Position numbers and translations under genes: made by a program. A stretch of 64,000 nt of DNA, taken from positions 32,001-96,000 of the IMG/VR virus record IMGVR_UViG_3300037755_000305. One strand, given 5' to 3'. This document shows positions 1-8,890 of this stretch, one piece after another. A model generated the notes under the pieces. The model was not told the DNA's origin. It searched no databases and saw only the letters and a list, made by a program, of their open reading frames with translations. The DNA is from a virus. Positions within the stretch are counted from its first letter, which is position 1, and every line of letters starts with the position of its first letter.

Positions 1-1161
1 AGAGGAGCTAAACCTGAGAACCTCAGTACCTTCAAAAAGGATTACCCTGACGCTTTAGTTCTAAGCCTACCAAGAAACTACCGTTCTTGCTCAGAGATAT
101 TAGACAAGGCAAGTAACATCATTCACTGCAACCCTAACAATGAGACCGTGGAGCTAATTTCCGCTAGGGGAGAGGGCGGAGCTGTAGAAATACACCAATA
201 CGAGAATGAGTGGGAAGAGGCAAACCAAATTGCACATCAGATGCACTGTTACCACGATCAGGGGTACAAGTGGGAGGACATGGCGGTCATCTATCGCCTA
301 AACAAGCAATCTCAGGCTTTTGAGATGGCTTTGTCTCAGAACGGGATTCCCTTCAAAACCAAGGGAGGACCCAGCTTTTTCGCCCGCAAGGAGATCAAAA
401 CTACTCTCGCCTACATGAAGCTTCTCACGAACCCGTCTGATAGTGCAGCTTTTGCGCAAGCAATCTCGTATCCAAAGAGAGGGGTTGGAGATGTTCTGAT
501 TGGGAAGATTGACATTTTGGCCAAGAAAGACGGAATCAGCGTGATGGAGGCTGCCTCCAAAATCAAGACAGGTAGACAATCTACACGAGCATTGCTGGAT
601 GATTTTGCTACACTCTTGGATCGAAAACGAGAAGAGATGCGCAACGGCAGGAGCTTAATGACCGTAGTTGATGAGCTTGTCAAGGAAAGTGGCTACATGG
701 GACAGCTAAAGAATGAGGCAGATGAAGAGAAAGATGGTCCCAGAAGCATCCAAAGACTGGAGAATCTAGAGACGTTCGTCATTGGAATCGGTGAATTTGA
801 GGACGCCAACACGAAGCCATCGCTGGAGAAATTCCTTCAGCAGATCGCGTTGGTGCAAGAAGGGGACAGCCGCGTGGATGACTCTGTGTCGATGATGTCG
901 ATGCACTCAGCCAAGGGGCTGGAGTTCCCAGTAGTATTCATTGTAGGGGCAGCAGCAGGTGTCATGCCCTTCGAATTAGCGGTGGACGAGGGACGAGGGG
1001 ACGAGGAGCGTAGATTGTTTTACGTTGCCGTAACCAGAGCCAAAGACCAGCTTCATGTAAGTTACCCCGAACAAGTACGCAAATGGAGCAGTACAAAAGA
1101 ACAGGACCCAAGTCCTTACTTATTCGAAATGTTCGGACGTGATCTAAAGGAAGAAAAATAG
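1..1161 (+). CDS. uvrD: UvrD/PcrA-like SF1 helicase, C-terminal part (ORF is open from base 1)
   Basis: Frame 1 is open from base 1 (RGA...LPRNYRS, motifs III/IV). Motif V is MSMHSAKGLEF and motif VI is EERRLFYVAVTRAK. Confidence 0.93.
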   Translation, partial: RGAKPENLSTFKKDYPDALVLSLPRNYRSCSEILDKASNIIHCNPNNETVELISARGEGGAVEIHQYENEWEEANQIAHQMHCYHDQGYKWEDMAVIYRLNKQSQAFEMALSQNGIPFKTKGGPSFFARKEIKTTLAYMKLLTNPSDSAAFAQAISYPKRGVGDVLIGKIDILAKKDGISVMEAASKIKTGRQSTRALLDDFATLLDRKREEMRNGRSLMTVVDELVKESGYMGQLKNEADEEKDGPRSIQRLENLETFVIGIGEFEDANTKPSLEKFLQQIALVQEGDSRVDDSVSMMSMHSAKGLEFPVVFIVGAAAGVMPFELAVDEGRGDEERRLFYVAVTRAKDQLHVSYPEQVRKWSSTKEQDPSPYLFEMFGRDLKEEK

Positions 1162-1734
1162 ATGCAATGGAAAAAAATCATGATTGTCGATTTCGAGGCT
1201 ACGTGCTTCCAAGACAATGACGCGGATAAGCCCGCAGGCTGGGAAGCTGCCAAGGACCAAGAAATCACCGAAATAGGGGCTGTGATTTACAATCTGCCAC
1301 AGAAAGAAATAGAGGCTGTCAAAAGCTTTCTGGTTCGTCCTGATGGCCCCATGGGGGCGTTTTGCGAGGAATTGACCAGTCTTACGTTCGAGGACGTGAA
1401 GGGACAGCCGAATCTGGAGACCACACTAAAGGTAGACCTGAAGACTTGGTGCAAAGAGAACAAGTTCGATCTCAATCAGCACCCATGGGGTAGCTGGGGA
1501 GATTATGATCGGGTTCAACTGTTCCGGGAGTGCGCGCGTAAGGGCATAAAGTACCCATTCGGGCGAACTCACTACAACATTAAGGGGCTTTTTTCGATGC
1601 TACAGGGACGATCGAAGGGGTTCGGCGTAGGCGCCGCTCTCGACATTCTCGGCCTTGAGTTCGATGGACGGACCCACCGTGGTGTGGACGATGCTCGCAT
1701 GATTGCGACCATTCTGCGCAACGTCATGAGGTAA
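1162..1734 (+). CDS. DEDDh 3'-5' exonuclease (KapD/ERI-1-like)
   Basis: ExoI IVDFEATC, ExoII SWGDYD, ExoIII HRGVDDA. Confidence 0.88.
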   Translation: MQWKKIMIVDFEATCFQDNDADKPAGWEAAKDQEITEIGAVIYNLPQKEIEAVKSFLVRPDGPMGAFCEELTSLTFEDVKGQPNLETTLKVDLKTWCKENKFDLNQHPWGSWGDYDRVQLFRECARKGIKYPFGRTHYNIKGLFSMLQGRSKGFGVGAALDILGLEFDGRTHRGVDDARMIATILRNVMR

Positions 1735-1737
1735 GGT

Positions 1738-2850
1738 ATGGAACTCGTAGTCGAATCAGACTCGTACAATGCAGCAATTTCTACCATTACGAGCCTTCTA
1801 GGGTCTGAGGTGGACTGTATTCTGAAACTGGACGACAGCAAGGCCCGTATCGAAGCTTCCAGCCCTGAGGCATACATTCAGGTTCCTCTTCGACTGGAAT
1901 CCAGTTCTGGGGATGGTGCCTGCTGTACTCGTATCGAGTATCTGAGTGTTGTGACTCCCAAAACAAAGACCATCAAGCTGGTTTTTGAGGAAGGTGACCA
2001 CATAAAGGTAACGATGGGGCGCTCTAGAGGTGCTATACGTGTGCTGCCTGAGGAGGATATAGACATCGAGCGCCCGGAGACGACTATCGGAATTGAGGCT
2101 GTGGTTCCGGCTAAGCTGTTGGTGTTCGCAAGCGGAGCCACAGCTTTCAAGCCTCTTATCGACGCTAGCAGCCCCAGCGTCATTATCGAGGTCGATAATA
2201 GAGAATTCAATATCAGTGCGTATGACACATACATGGGTACTCATTATGGGGTAACGAATGAAGAAGTTCGCGCCAAAGAAGCTTTTCGCCTTACAGTAGA
2301 GCTTGATGTTTGGAAGAACATTATTGCCAAAGTAGCCCCGAATGGTGTGGTGAAGATGGGCGCAGACGATAGCTTCTTCCGTTTGAGGACGGATACATTT
2401 GATCTCTACCACGCCGTGATGCAAGAAGACTCCCAGGATGTGAAGGAGGTGATTACAACACTTAAATCCGAGGGAGATCATCTGGCTGTGGTAGAGTTCG
2501 ATGCTAACGCAGTCACTAAGGCTATTGACGACACTAAGGGCGTCATCCGGTCTGCGGATAAGGATGGATCTAGATTCTGCATTACCCTCAAGAAGGAAGG
2601 TTTGGCTATCATCTCTGCCGAGAGCGTGGCCGGAGAAATGGAATCCGAGTTCGACATCAACGTCACCATGGGTGGTGACGATGATGTAGAGTTCCGGGTT
2701 AGCTCTGATACTTTCCAAGACATTTTGAAGCTGACGAGAGACGAGGGTCTGAAATATGGACCCGCGCGAATGCTGGTTATGGGGGAAGTTCTGGTTATGG
2801 AGAGCCTGAAAGTCCCGGCGTCTTCTGTGTCTCCAATGTTGCAGGAGTAA
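1738..2850 (+). CDS. DNA sliding clamp, beta-clamp (DnaN)-like
   Basis: 370 aa and acidic, with a repeating strand-helix-helix-strand pattern in about three blocks. It sits beside the helicase and exonuclease. No diagnostic motif. Confidence 0.6.
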   Translation: MELVVESDSYNAAISTITSLLGSEVDCILKLDDSKARIEASSPEAYIQVPLRLESSSGDGACCTRIEYLSVVTPKTKTIKLVFEEGDHIKVTMGRSRGAIRVLPEEDIDIERPETTIGIEAVVPAKLLVFASGATAFKPLIDASSPSVIIEVDNREFNISAYDTYMGTHYGVTNEEVRAKEAFRLTVELDVWKNIIAKVAPNGVVKMGADDSFFRLRTDTFDLYHAVMQEDSQDVKEVITTLKSEGDHLAVVEFDANAVTKAIDDTKGVIRSADKDGSRFCITLKKEGLAIISAESVAGEMESEFDINVTMGGDDDVEFRVSSDTFQDILKLTRDEGLKYGPARMLVMGEVLVMESLKVPASSVSPMLQE

Positions 2851-2851
2851 T

Positions 2852-3076
2852 ATGGAACCCTGGAGTGTATTGTTTGGAATCTGGTTCGGAGTAGGATGCT
2901 ATCGGCTTTTCGAGATGATAGAGTTTGACGGTATGGAAAAAGAGGACCCCGCAGAAGAATGGGGAGTACACCCTATAACGTATTTCATTATAAGCGTGAT
3001 TTCTGCCTACGGTTGGCCTGTACTGATGCCCTATGCATATTGGCTAGATCGACGCGAGGACGAAGATGAAAACTAA
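2852..3076 (+). CDS. small membrane protein
   Basis: Two hydrophobic segments; tightly packed with its neighbours. Confidence 0.6.
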   Translation: MEPWSVLFGIWFGVGCYRLFEMIEFDGMEKEDPAEEWGVHPITYFIISVISAYGWPVLMPYAYWLDRREDEDEN

Positions 3077-3461
3077 ATTGACGTGGACCCTTTATCCTGT
3101 GGGAAGTCTCTTGAAGGTTTCTGAGCATAGGTATGTTTTGAGAGTTTCGAAGTCCGTCTCGGACCTGGAGCCAAAAAAAGAGAAGATATACAATGACTCC
3201 AAGATGTCCATTATAGGTTACTACAACAAGCGTGGTTATTGTGTTGGATACGCTCTCGATTTCAAAGGAAGCCCTTCCATCATCGAGGATAGCTTCTACA
3301 TTGTTCTGGATTACGTTGAAAAGGGAGAAAAGCCCAAAGATATGACGTTCCCGAAGCTGGGCGGAAAAGCCGATTCATCAATTCGCTTAGTCAGGTTCGG
3401 TAACTACAGACTTAAGAACCGAATGTACGTGTTCATCTATAGGAGAAAGCAGGATGGCTGA
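3066..3461 (+). CDS. hypothetical protein
   Basis: 131-aa ORF overlapping both neighbours in operon fashion. Confidence 0.6.
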   Translation: MKTKLTWTLYPVGSLLKVSEHRYVLRVSKSVSDLEPKKEKIYNDSKMSIIGYYNKRGYCVGYALDFKGSPSIIEDSFYIVLDYVEKGEKPKDMTFPKLGGKADSSIRLVRFGNYRLKNRMYVFIYRRKQDG

Positions 3462-3999
3462 AGCTGAGAACCTGTTCACGGAAGCCCTAGGCGACGATTA
3501 CATTATAAAGATCAACAAACAAGCGAAATTACAGAAGTTTGCTGTTGACGGGTCGTTGCGGGAAGAGATACAGAAATATGTCATCTTTGGAAAAAAGGGC
3601 CGCAAGAAATTCGAACCTAAGAGCGCTGACGATTTGAAACAATTGATTGACGAGATGCAAGAAACGCAAGCCTATCGTGATAGGCTCACAGGCATTCTTA
3701 TTCAAGCACAGTACGCTATTGATGAACTTGGAATTCTGATCGGAACAGGAGAATCTTACCTGTTTACCGAATACAATGATCTGATGAAGAGGTGCTCGAA
3801 CAAGGAGACTCGCGAAGCAGCGATTCGCTATGTGTTCGGACCCGTAACGAGACGGCAGTTACAATGGAAGAGCCTTAAAGGCATTGGAGAAACGGCCCGC
3901 CAAAATCTGAACGAAACTTATTTTGCTTTGAGAGAAATTGGAGAAAACGGCAGAACCATCCTTGAGGCTCGTAAGACAAGGAGAACATTTGATGCCTAG
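3454..3999 (+). CDS. hypothetical helical protein (weak resemblance to UvsY-type recombination mediators)
   Basis: Coupled ORF with heptad-like helices. The family call is low confidence. Confidence 0.55.
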   Translation: MAEAENLFTEALGDDYIIKINKQAKLQKFAVDGSLREEIQKYVIFGKKGRKKFEPKSADDLKQLIDEMQETQAYRDRLTGILIQAQYAIDELGILIGTGESYLFTEYNDLMKRCSNKETREAAIRYVFGPVTRRQLQWKSLKGIGETARQNLNETYFALREIGENGRTILEARKTRRTFDA

Positions 4000-4489
4000 A
4001 CCCAAGAGAGGCGTAGGAGCTGTAGTAGGTAGAACCGGCGATAGGGTGGAGTCCATGCGAGATCAGATCGTGGACGAAGAAGGTCCTGGATTGGATCTAG
4101 AGATGGATGAGATGGATCGCCCCACGCGCACCCAGTCTACGAATACGAAACCCAAAACCAAAGACGGGAAGAAACGACGCAACCACCAGATCGACATCAA
4201 TTACTTTCGCTCCCTGGACGAAATTATGGCCCGTTCATTCACTAGACAGGAAGCTGCTCATAATATTGTGGTGGCCTTCACCAATATGATGGAAGCCCGG
4301 GGTATTGACACCGGTTTTGAAGACGAGCGCTTCGAGCGAGCGGCCGGTAACATGGCTGTCGTTGGCATGATGCGAGAAATGGCTTGGGCTTTCGGTTTGG
4401 GGTCAGATCTGGCCGATCGTATTGCGGAACACACCGTCGATAGACTTTTTTCGCCTGGGCACGCTAAGGCACCGGAGATCAAGAAGTAA
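3992..4489 (+). CDS. hypothetical protein
   Basis: Start taken as ATG at 3992 (MPRPKR), after GGAG and overlapping the upstream stop. Confidence 0.6.
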   Translation: MPRPKRGVGAVVGRTGDRVESMRDQIVDEEGPGLDLEMDEMDRPTRTQSTNTKPKTKDGKKRRNHQIDINYFRSLDEIMARSFTRQEAAHNIVVAFTNMMEARGIDTGFEDERFERAAGNMAVVGMMREMAWAFGLGSDLADRIAEHTVDRLFSPGHAKAPEIKK

Positions 4490-5040
4490 TGTTTTTCTAC
4501 CTGCACTACAATGGGTCTGAGCCGGGATGGGCATTGTCCCTGCGGGGAATAGTGCCCTGTTTTACGCCTGCTTACCCGTTCTCTATGCAAGAAGAGTCTT
4601 TGGCTCCGTCCCTAGCCGATAAACAGCCTGCGGAGAGAGCGGCACGCTTCGCAGAAGCATTCCAGCTCGACAAAGGTCTATGGAAGCCACTCTCAGAGGC
4701 TCGCGAAACACTGGTGGGAGCAGACCAGCTAGCGTCTACAGATCACCTCGTGTGGCGTGACCAGTGGCTTCTGGGACGCGCCGATGCAGTGATTGTGGAG
4801 AACGGAGCTACCTTGGAGATCCCTCTTTTGGCAGCTTTGTGGGGTATCCCTGTCGTGGCCGTTTCTTTTACCCCAACTGGTATGCATCCTTGGTTGGCTA
4901 AGACGGCTCAAATCACATTGAACAGCCCAACGAACGCTGAGCAAATTCTAAGTGTGCTGGGTATTCAGATTGTAGAGGAAAGCTCCCCGCAGGAAGATAT
5001 ATTGCCGGAACTCCCTGGAGTAGAAGGGGTTATCTCTTAG
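4489..5040 (+). CDS. divergent nucleoside 2-deoxyribosyltransferase (NDT)-fold protein
   Basis: DQWLLGRADAVIV...LEIPLLAALWGIPVVAV matches the NDT D..ADxxV..E..A..G.PV pattern; the N-terminal motif is missing. Confidence 0.5.
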   Translation: MFFYLHYNGSEPGWALSLRGIVPCFTPAYPFSMQEESLAPSLADKQPAERAARFAEAFQLDKGLWKPLSEARETLVGADQLASTDHLVWRDQWLLGRADAVIVENGATLEIPLLAALWGIPVVAVSFTPTGMHPWLAKTAQITLNSPTNAEQILSVLGIQIVEESSPQEDILPELPGVEGVIS

Positions 5041-5081
5041 AAGAGAGAAGCTTTACGTAGATTTACACCCGGAGAGCGTCG

Positions 5082-5405
5082 ATGCGGTGCCCGGAATGCA
5101 ACCAGACTTTCAGAATCTTAGGATCTAGAATCTTTGATTTCACAACTACCGCGTTTGGTTGCCCCATCAAAGGACACTGGCCCGGCTATACTGCAAAAGT
5201 GTATATAGACAACGTGGAACTTGTCAAGTGCAAGTGCGGTGTTGCCCCCAACATTCCCCAAATAGAAACACTACAGCATACTCTGTTCGGCACGAGTGCC
5301 GATAACGGAAATATGTCCATTGACCCGTTTTCTGATGTCATTTACATGGGTACCTGGGACGACGATGACGAGGGCTGGATTCTGTCCCAGCATCAGGAAC
5401 AATAA
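5082..5405 (+). CDS. YgiT/MqsA-type zinc-ribbon protein lacking the HTH
   Basis: MRCPEC...IDNVELVKCKCG..NIPQIETLQ. Confidence 0.55.
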   Translation: MRCPECNQTFRILGSRIFDFTTTAFGCPIKGHWPGYTAKVYIDNVELVKCKCGVAPNIPQIETLQHTLFGTSADNGNMSIDPFSDVIYMGTWDDDDEGWILSQHQEQ

Positions 5406-8400
5406 TGGCTAACGCAAAAACAGACTCCTTGGGGCTGAAAAAATCCCCGGTAAATCCGCAAACGGCTGAGGTGGCTCCTAACAGCACCGGAAGCAAACTG
5501 ATGGGTATTTTTGCCCCCGGCGGAGACCCTGTTAGAGCCACACATCCTGGGCGCGTCCAGTCTATCATCAAAACTCCCGCGCCAGGAGCCAGAGCATCCT
5601 CCTTCATTGTCGTTCTTGCAGCCACAGAAAACGAGACTGACAATTCCGGTCGCACACCAGACGACCCGAACGTTAACCTTTCAGAATTTCCGAATACAGT
5701 GTACGCAGGTCTTGGATCCATCAGTGTACAGGTAGGTGAAAAAGTATCAACAGGAACCCAAATTGGTACTGTTGGTTTCTTTCCAACACACGAAGGAGTA
5801 GGCGGCAAGACGGGTATAACGTACGGTGTTAACCAGAACGGCTTAGGCTCGGAGGCGGCAAGATTAGCACCGCAAGGCTATTTGGCCATCAAAGCGATTG
5901 ACGAAGCTCAACTCAAGAACACAGAAAACGAAACACCAGATACAGAGAATACCAAGGAAGAGCCCACGGACGCCGACACCAATACCCCGGGACTGAATCA
6001 GGTAGCGGCACAAGATAATTCGGATAATCCCCCTACACTTGCTCAGGTTGGTAATTCCAACTTTCCTTACGTCACACGACCACAAGTTAGGTTTGTAGAA
6101 CAGAGTAATCAAGTCTTCAGCCATGATCTTTTAGTTTACATAAGTGGCGTTGATGTTACGCCATATTTGGCTGGTCAGGTTAGCATAAACATTGTTGACA
6201 AAGACGGATGGAACGAGGCTAATCTAACTCTAAACAACGCAATGAACAATTTCATCATTACACAGGATAACATAGGATTCAATAATGATTTGAAAGGTGT
6301 GTTCCGAACCGGAGAATCCCAAGGTGAAAGAAAATATAGTGAGCAAGCCAAGAAGGACCTCATAGAATACAAGAATGAACTCCTGCGAAACCCTCTTGTA
6401 GACATCGAGAAATTGCAATTGGTAGACCCAACCGTCACCCAAGGTGTGGCCCAGGTCAGTGTTTCAGGAAATAGGGTACAACAGATAAGTAATGCCACCG
6501 GAAACCAAGTAGCTCCCGTCAAAGGAGAAGCTAAGGCGCCTAAGAGAGATCGTGCCTCTAAGACCACTTTTCAGGTCAATCCAGGAATCCAAGATAGGCG
6601 CTGGCAGCTAGGGTACATGAGTGCTGTTTTTCATAAACACGACCCTATTCGCATCTTCAGAAAGAATCCGATTAGAGAACAAGACGAGTGGATGCCCGCC
6701 TTTACGGGATACCTGAATGAGATCAGTTACGACACTAACTACATCAACGGACAGTCTCAGGTTTCTTTGTCCTGTTATGACATTCGTGCCCTGGCTGCTA
6801 AGATGCGAGTTCAAGAAACGGCTGTGACCGGTGTTACCAATCCCAGAGCATTGTTCCAAGGGTCTGAGCAGGCTGGAGCGTCCTCTTTGTTCACTGATCT
6901 ATTGAACCCTACTGTCCAAGGACATCCTCTGCAAGCTAAGCGATACGAGGATGTCATGGAGTTTCTCATCACAGGAACGTCTTCAGAAGAAAGTAATCTT
7001 CAGGCGTCATTTGGGGCATCCAAGTTCCGCAGAGGTATAGGAGACTTCACTGTTGGAGACAAAATCTTCTATCGACCTGGAAGTTCTGTTTCCAGTCCCA
7101 AAATAGCTCCTGACCCGCTGGAGCATTGGCATGCCCTTTGTCTTTTTGGGACAGCAGGCGCTCGCCATCTTCGTGTACAGAACGGTGTACCCGGAACTGT
7201 TAGGGGCAAAGAGAAAACAATTCTAAAGCCAGATCCTTCCGGTCTTCCCTCCCTAAATAGAAGATGGATGACAGAGGCCGAAGCCAGAGCTATTGGTAAA
7301 GCCACCACCAATGACGGAGAATGGGCACCGCATAAACAGTTTGTACACTTTTTGCTGCCTGCCGACGGTACCGGTGCCAAGAACTTGCTGGAGGCCGATG
7401 TAGCAAACGTTGATAGCAATCAAATAGATTTCAGATCCCGTCTGGATATCATGCAGGACTTTTCTGCACGAATCGACTACCAGTTCTGGGTAACTCCTAT
7501 GGGAGATTTCGTTGTAGAGTTTCCGCAGTATGATTTCCATCCAGAAGATTATGGTGAATACAGCACAGTCTTTAGGGTGGACAAACACCTTACCAGTGAT
7601 ACAATCCAAGATGAAGCAGGAGATATGGTGACGGCTATCATTGCATCTGGTCGCATACGCCCAGAAGGGGAAGCCAGTATCCCTGAATTTATTCAGCCAA
7701 AGGCTGTTGTAGTATCGCCTATGATGATGATGAGGTACGGGGTTCTGGAGCATGAGCTTACACTTCCGTTCGTGTCATCCACAGACTCTCTAGCCCGACT
7801 TGCACAGATAGAATTTCAGAAAAAATTGTCCGAATCTAACAAGATGAACATGTCATTCAACTACCGACCTTGGATTACCCCCAATAGACCTATTGAGCAT
7901 ATGGAGAGGAAGAGGATGGGTCTCACCACCGCTGTACACAACTCCATGACAATCTTCAAAGAAGCCGATACTTCCATTACAACCCGATACGTGAGGCGAC
8001 AGATTTTTCGGAACGACGGAACTGCTGCATACACTTTCATCTTTAGTGGTGCGTCTATGCCTATCACCTACAGAGAAATTTACGCTAACAGCACCATTGT
8101 TCCGTCAACAGGAAAAGCCGGTCAAGTTACACTACAGAAAGAGCCAACCAACGGCGGACGGGCTGGAAATTCCAACACCGCCATTACAGATAACCCTAAT
8201 GTGAACATTACGCAAGGGGCTGTACAAAACACAAAAACTGTAGATGGTTTAGGTACAGCCGCTAGAAGCCCTACTCCGTCCAAAGAACAGGCTGGGGTTT
8301 TCATGGCTATTGCACAGCAGTCTAGCGGATGGAATGAACTGAACCGAACAACGGATGGGCGATTTGGCTTGTTTGGATTGTCTAAAGAACAGAGAATAGG

Positions 8401-8890
8401 TTTGGGTATTGGAGATTCTACAGACGCTCAGGTCCAAGCTGATGCAGCAGACGGGTACTTCAAGAATCTAGTGTCTAAATGGAAGGGCGATTTGTTCATG
8501 GCTACTGCGGAGTTTAGGGAGGGAGCAGAAGCTATCAAAAACAACAACATTCTTCAAGACTTCAAGGATGGATTTTGGGCTACTACTGAAAAACTTGGAA
8601 AGAAGTTTGAAACGGTTGCACAGTCTCTAAAAGAAGAATATAGCGAACTACGTCCCGGCGACAAGGAGTCTACAAAGCAAGCCCCGACGGATGCAGCTAC
8701 CAAAGAGGCCATTGCAGCAGCGGAAACAGCTCAGCCGTTGCCATCCGGTGCTGGATATCAGAACACTGTTGGCGTGATTGTATATACCAAGCAGGATTCT
8801 GCCGCAACTAGCAGCACTACAGTAGGAGCTACCCATAAACAAGCAGAAGAGAATGCTGTAACGAACAGAACGGCGACTACAAATGGCTAG
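5405..8890 (+). CDS. baseplate hub protein with degenerate M23 (N-terminal) and SLT lysozyme-like (C-terminal) domains
   Basis: The central hub-like region precedes the spike gene. M23-like: VRATHPGRV..YAGLGSISVQVGEKVSTGTQIG. SLT-like: AIAQQSSGWN..GRFGLFGL. Confidence 0.7.
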   Translation: MANAKTDSLGLKKSPVNPQTAEVAPNSTGSKLMGIFAPGGDPVRATHPGRVQSIIKTPAPGARASSFIVVLAATENETDNSGRTPDDPNVNLSEFPNTVYAGLGSISVQVGEKVSTGTQIGTVGFFPTHEGVGGKTGITYGVNQNGLGSEAARLAPQGYLAIKAIDEAQLKNTENETPDTENTKEEPTDADTNTPGLNQVAAQDNSDNPPTLAQVGNSNFPYVTRPQVRFVEQSNQVFSHDLLVYISGVDVTPYLAGQVSINIVDKDGWNEANLTLNNAMNNFIITQDNIGFNNDLKGVFRTGESQGERKYSEQAKKDLIEYKNELLRNPLVDIEKLQLVDPTVTQGVAQVSVSGNRVQQISNATGNQVAPVKGEAKAPKRDRASKTTFQVNPGIQDRRWQLGYMSAVFHKHDPIRIFRKNPIREQDEWMPAFTGYLNEISYDTNYINGQSQVSLSCYDIRALAAKMRVQETAVTGVTNPRALFQGSEQAGASSLFTDLLNPTVQGHPLQAKRYEDVMEFLITGTSSEESNLQASFGASKFRRGIGDFTVGDKIFYRPGSSVSSPKIAPDPLEHWHALCLFGTAGARHLRVQNGVPGTVRGKEKTILKPDPSGLPSLNRRWMTEAEARAIGKATTNDGEWAPHKQFVHFLLPADGTGAKNLLEADVANVDSNQIDFRSRLDIMQDFSARIDYQFWVTPMGDFVVEFPQYDFHPEDYGEYSTVFRVDKHLTSDTIQDEAGDMVTAIIASGRIRPEGEASIPEFIQPKAVVVSPMMMMRYGVLEHELTLPFVSSTDSLARLAQIEFQKKLSESNKMNMSFNYRPWITPNRPIEHMERKRMGLTTAVHNSMTIFKEADTSITTRYVRRQIFRNDGTAAYTFIFSGASMPITYREIYANSTIVPSTGKAGQVTLQKEPTNGGRAGNSNTAITDNPNVNITQGAVQNTKTVDGLGTAARSPTPSKEQAGVFMAIAQQSSGWNELNRTTDGRFGLFGLSKEQRIGLGIGDSTDAQVQADAADGYFKNLVSKWKGDLFMATAEFREGAEAIKNNNILQDFKDGFWATTEKLGKKFETVAQSLKEEYSELRPGDKESTKQAPTDAATKEAIAAAETAQPLPSGAGYQNTVGVIVYTKQDSAATSSTTVGATHKQAEENAVTNRTATTNG

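Noticed and set aside
1798-2718. Long antisense ORFs (for example 1798-2718, 49196-50239, 31516-32109, 40695-41181)
   Set aside because: They are shadows of well-supported opposite-strand genes, with no motifs or RBS.
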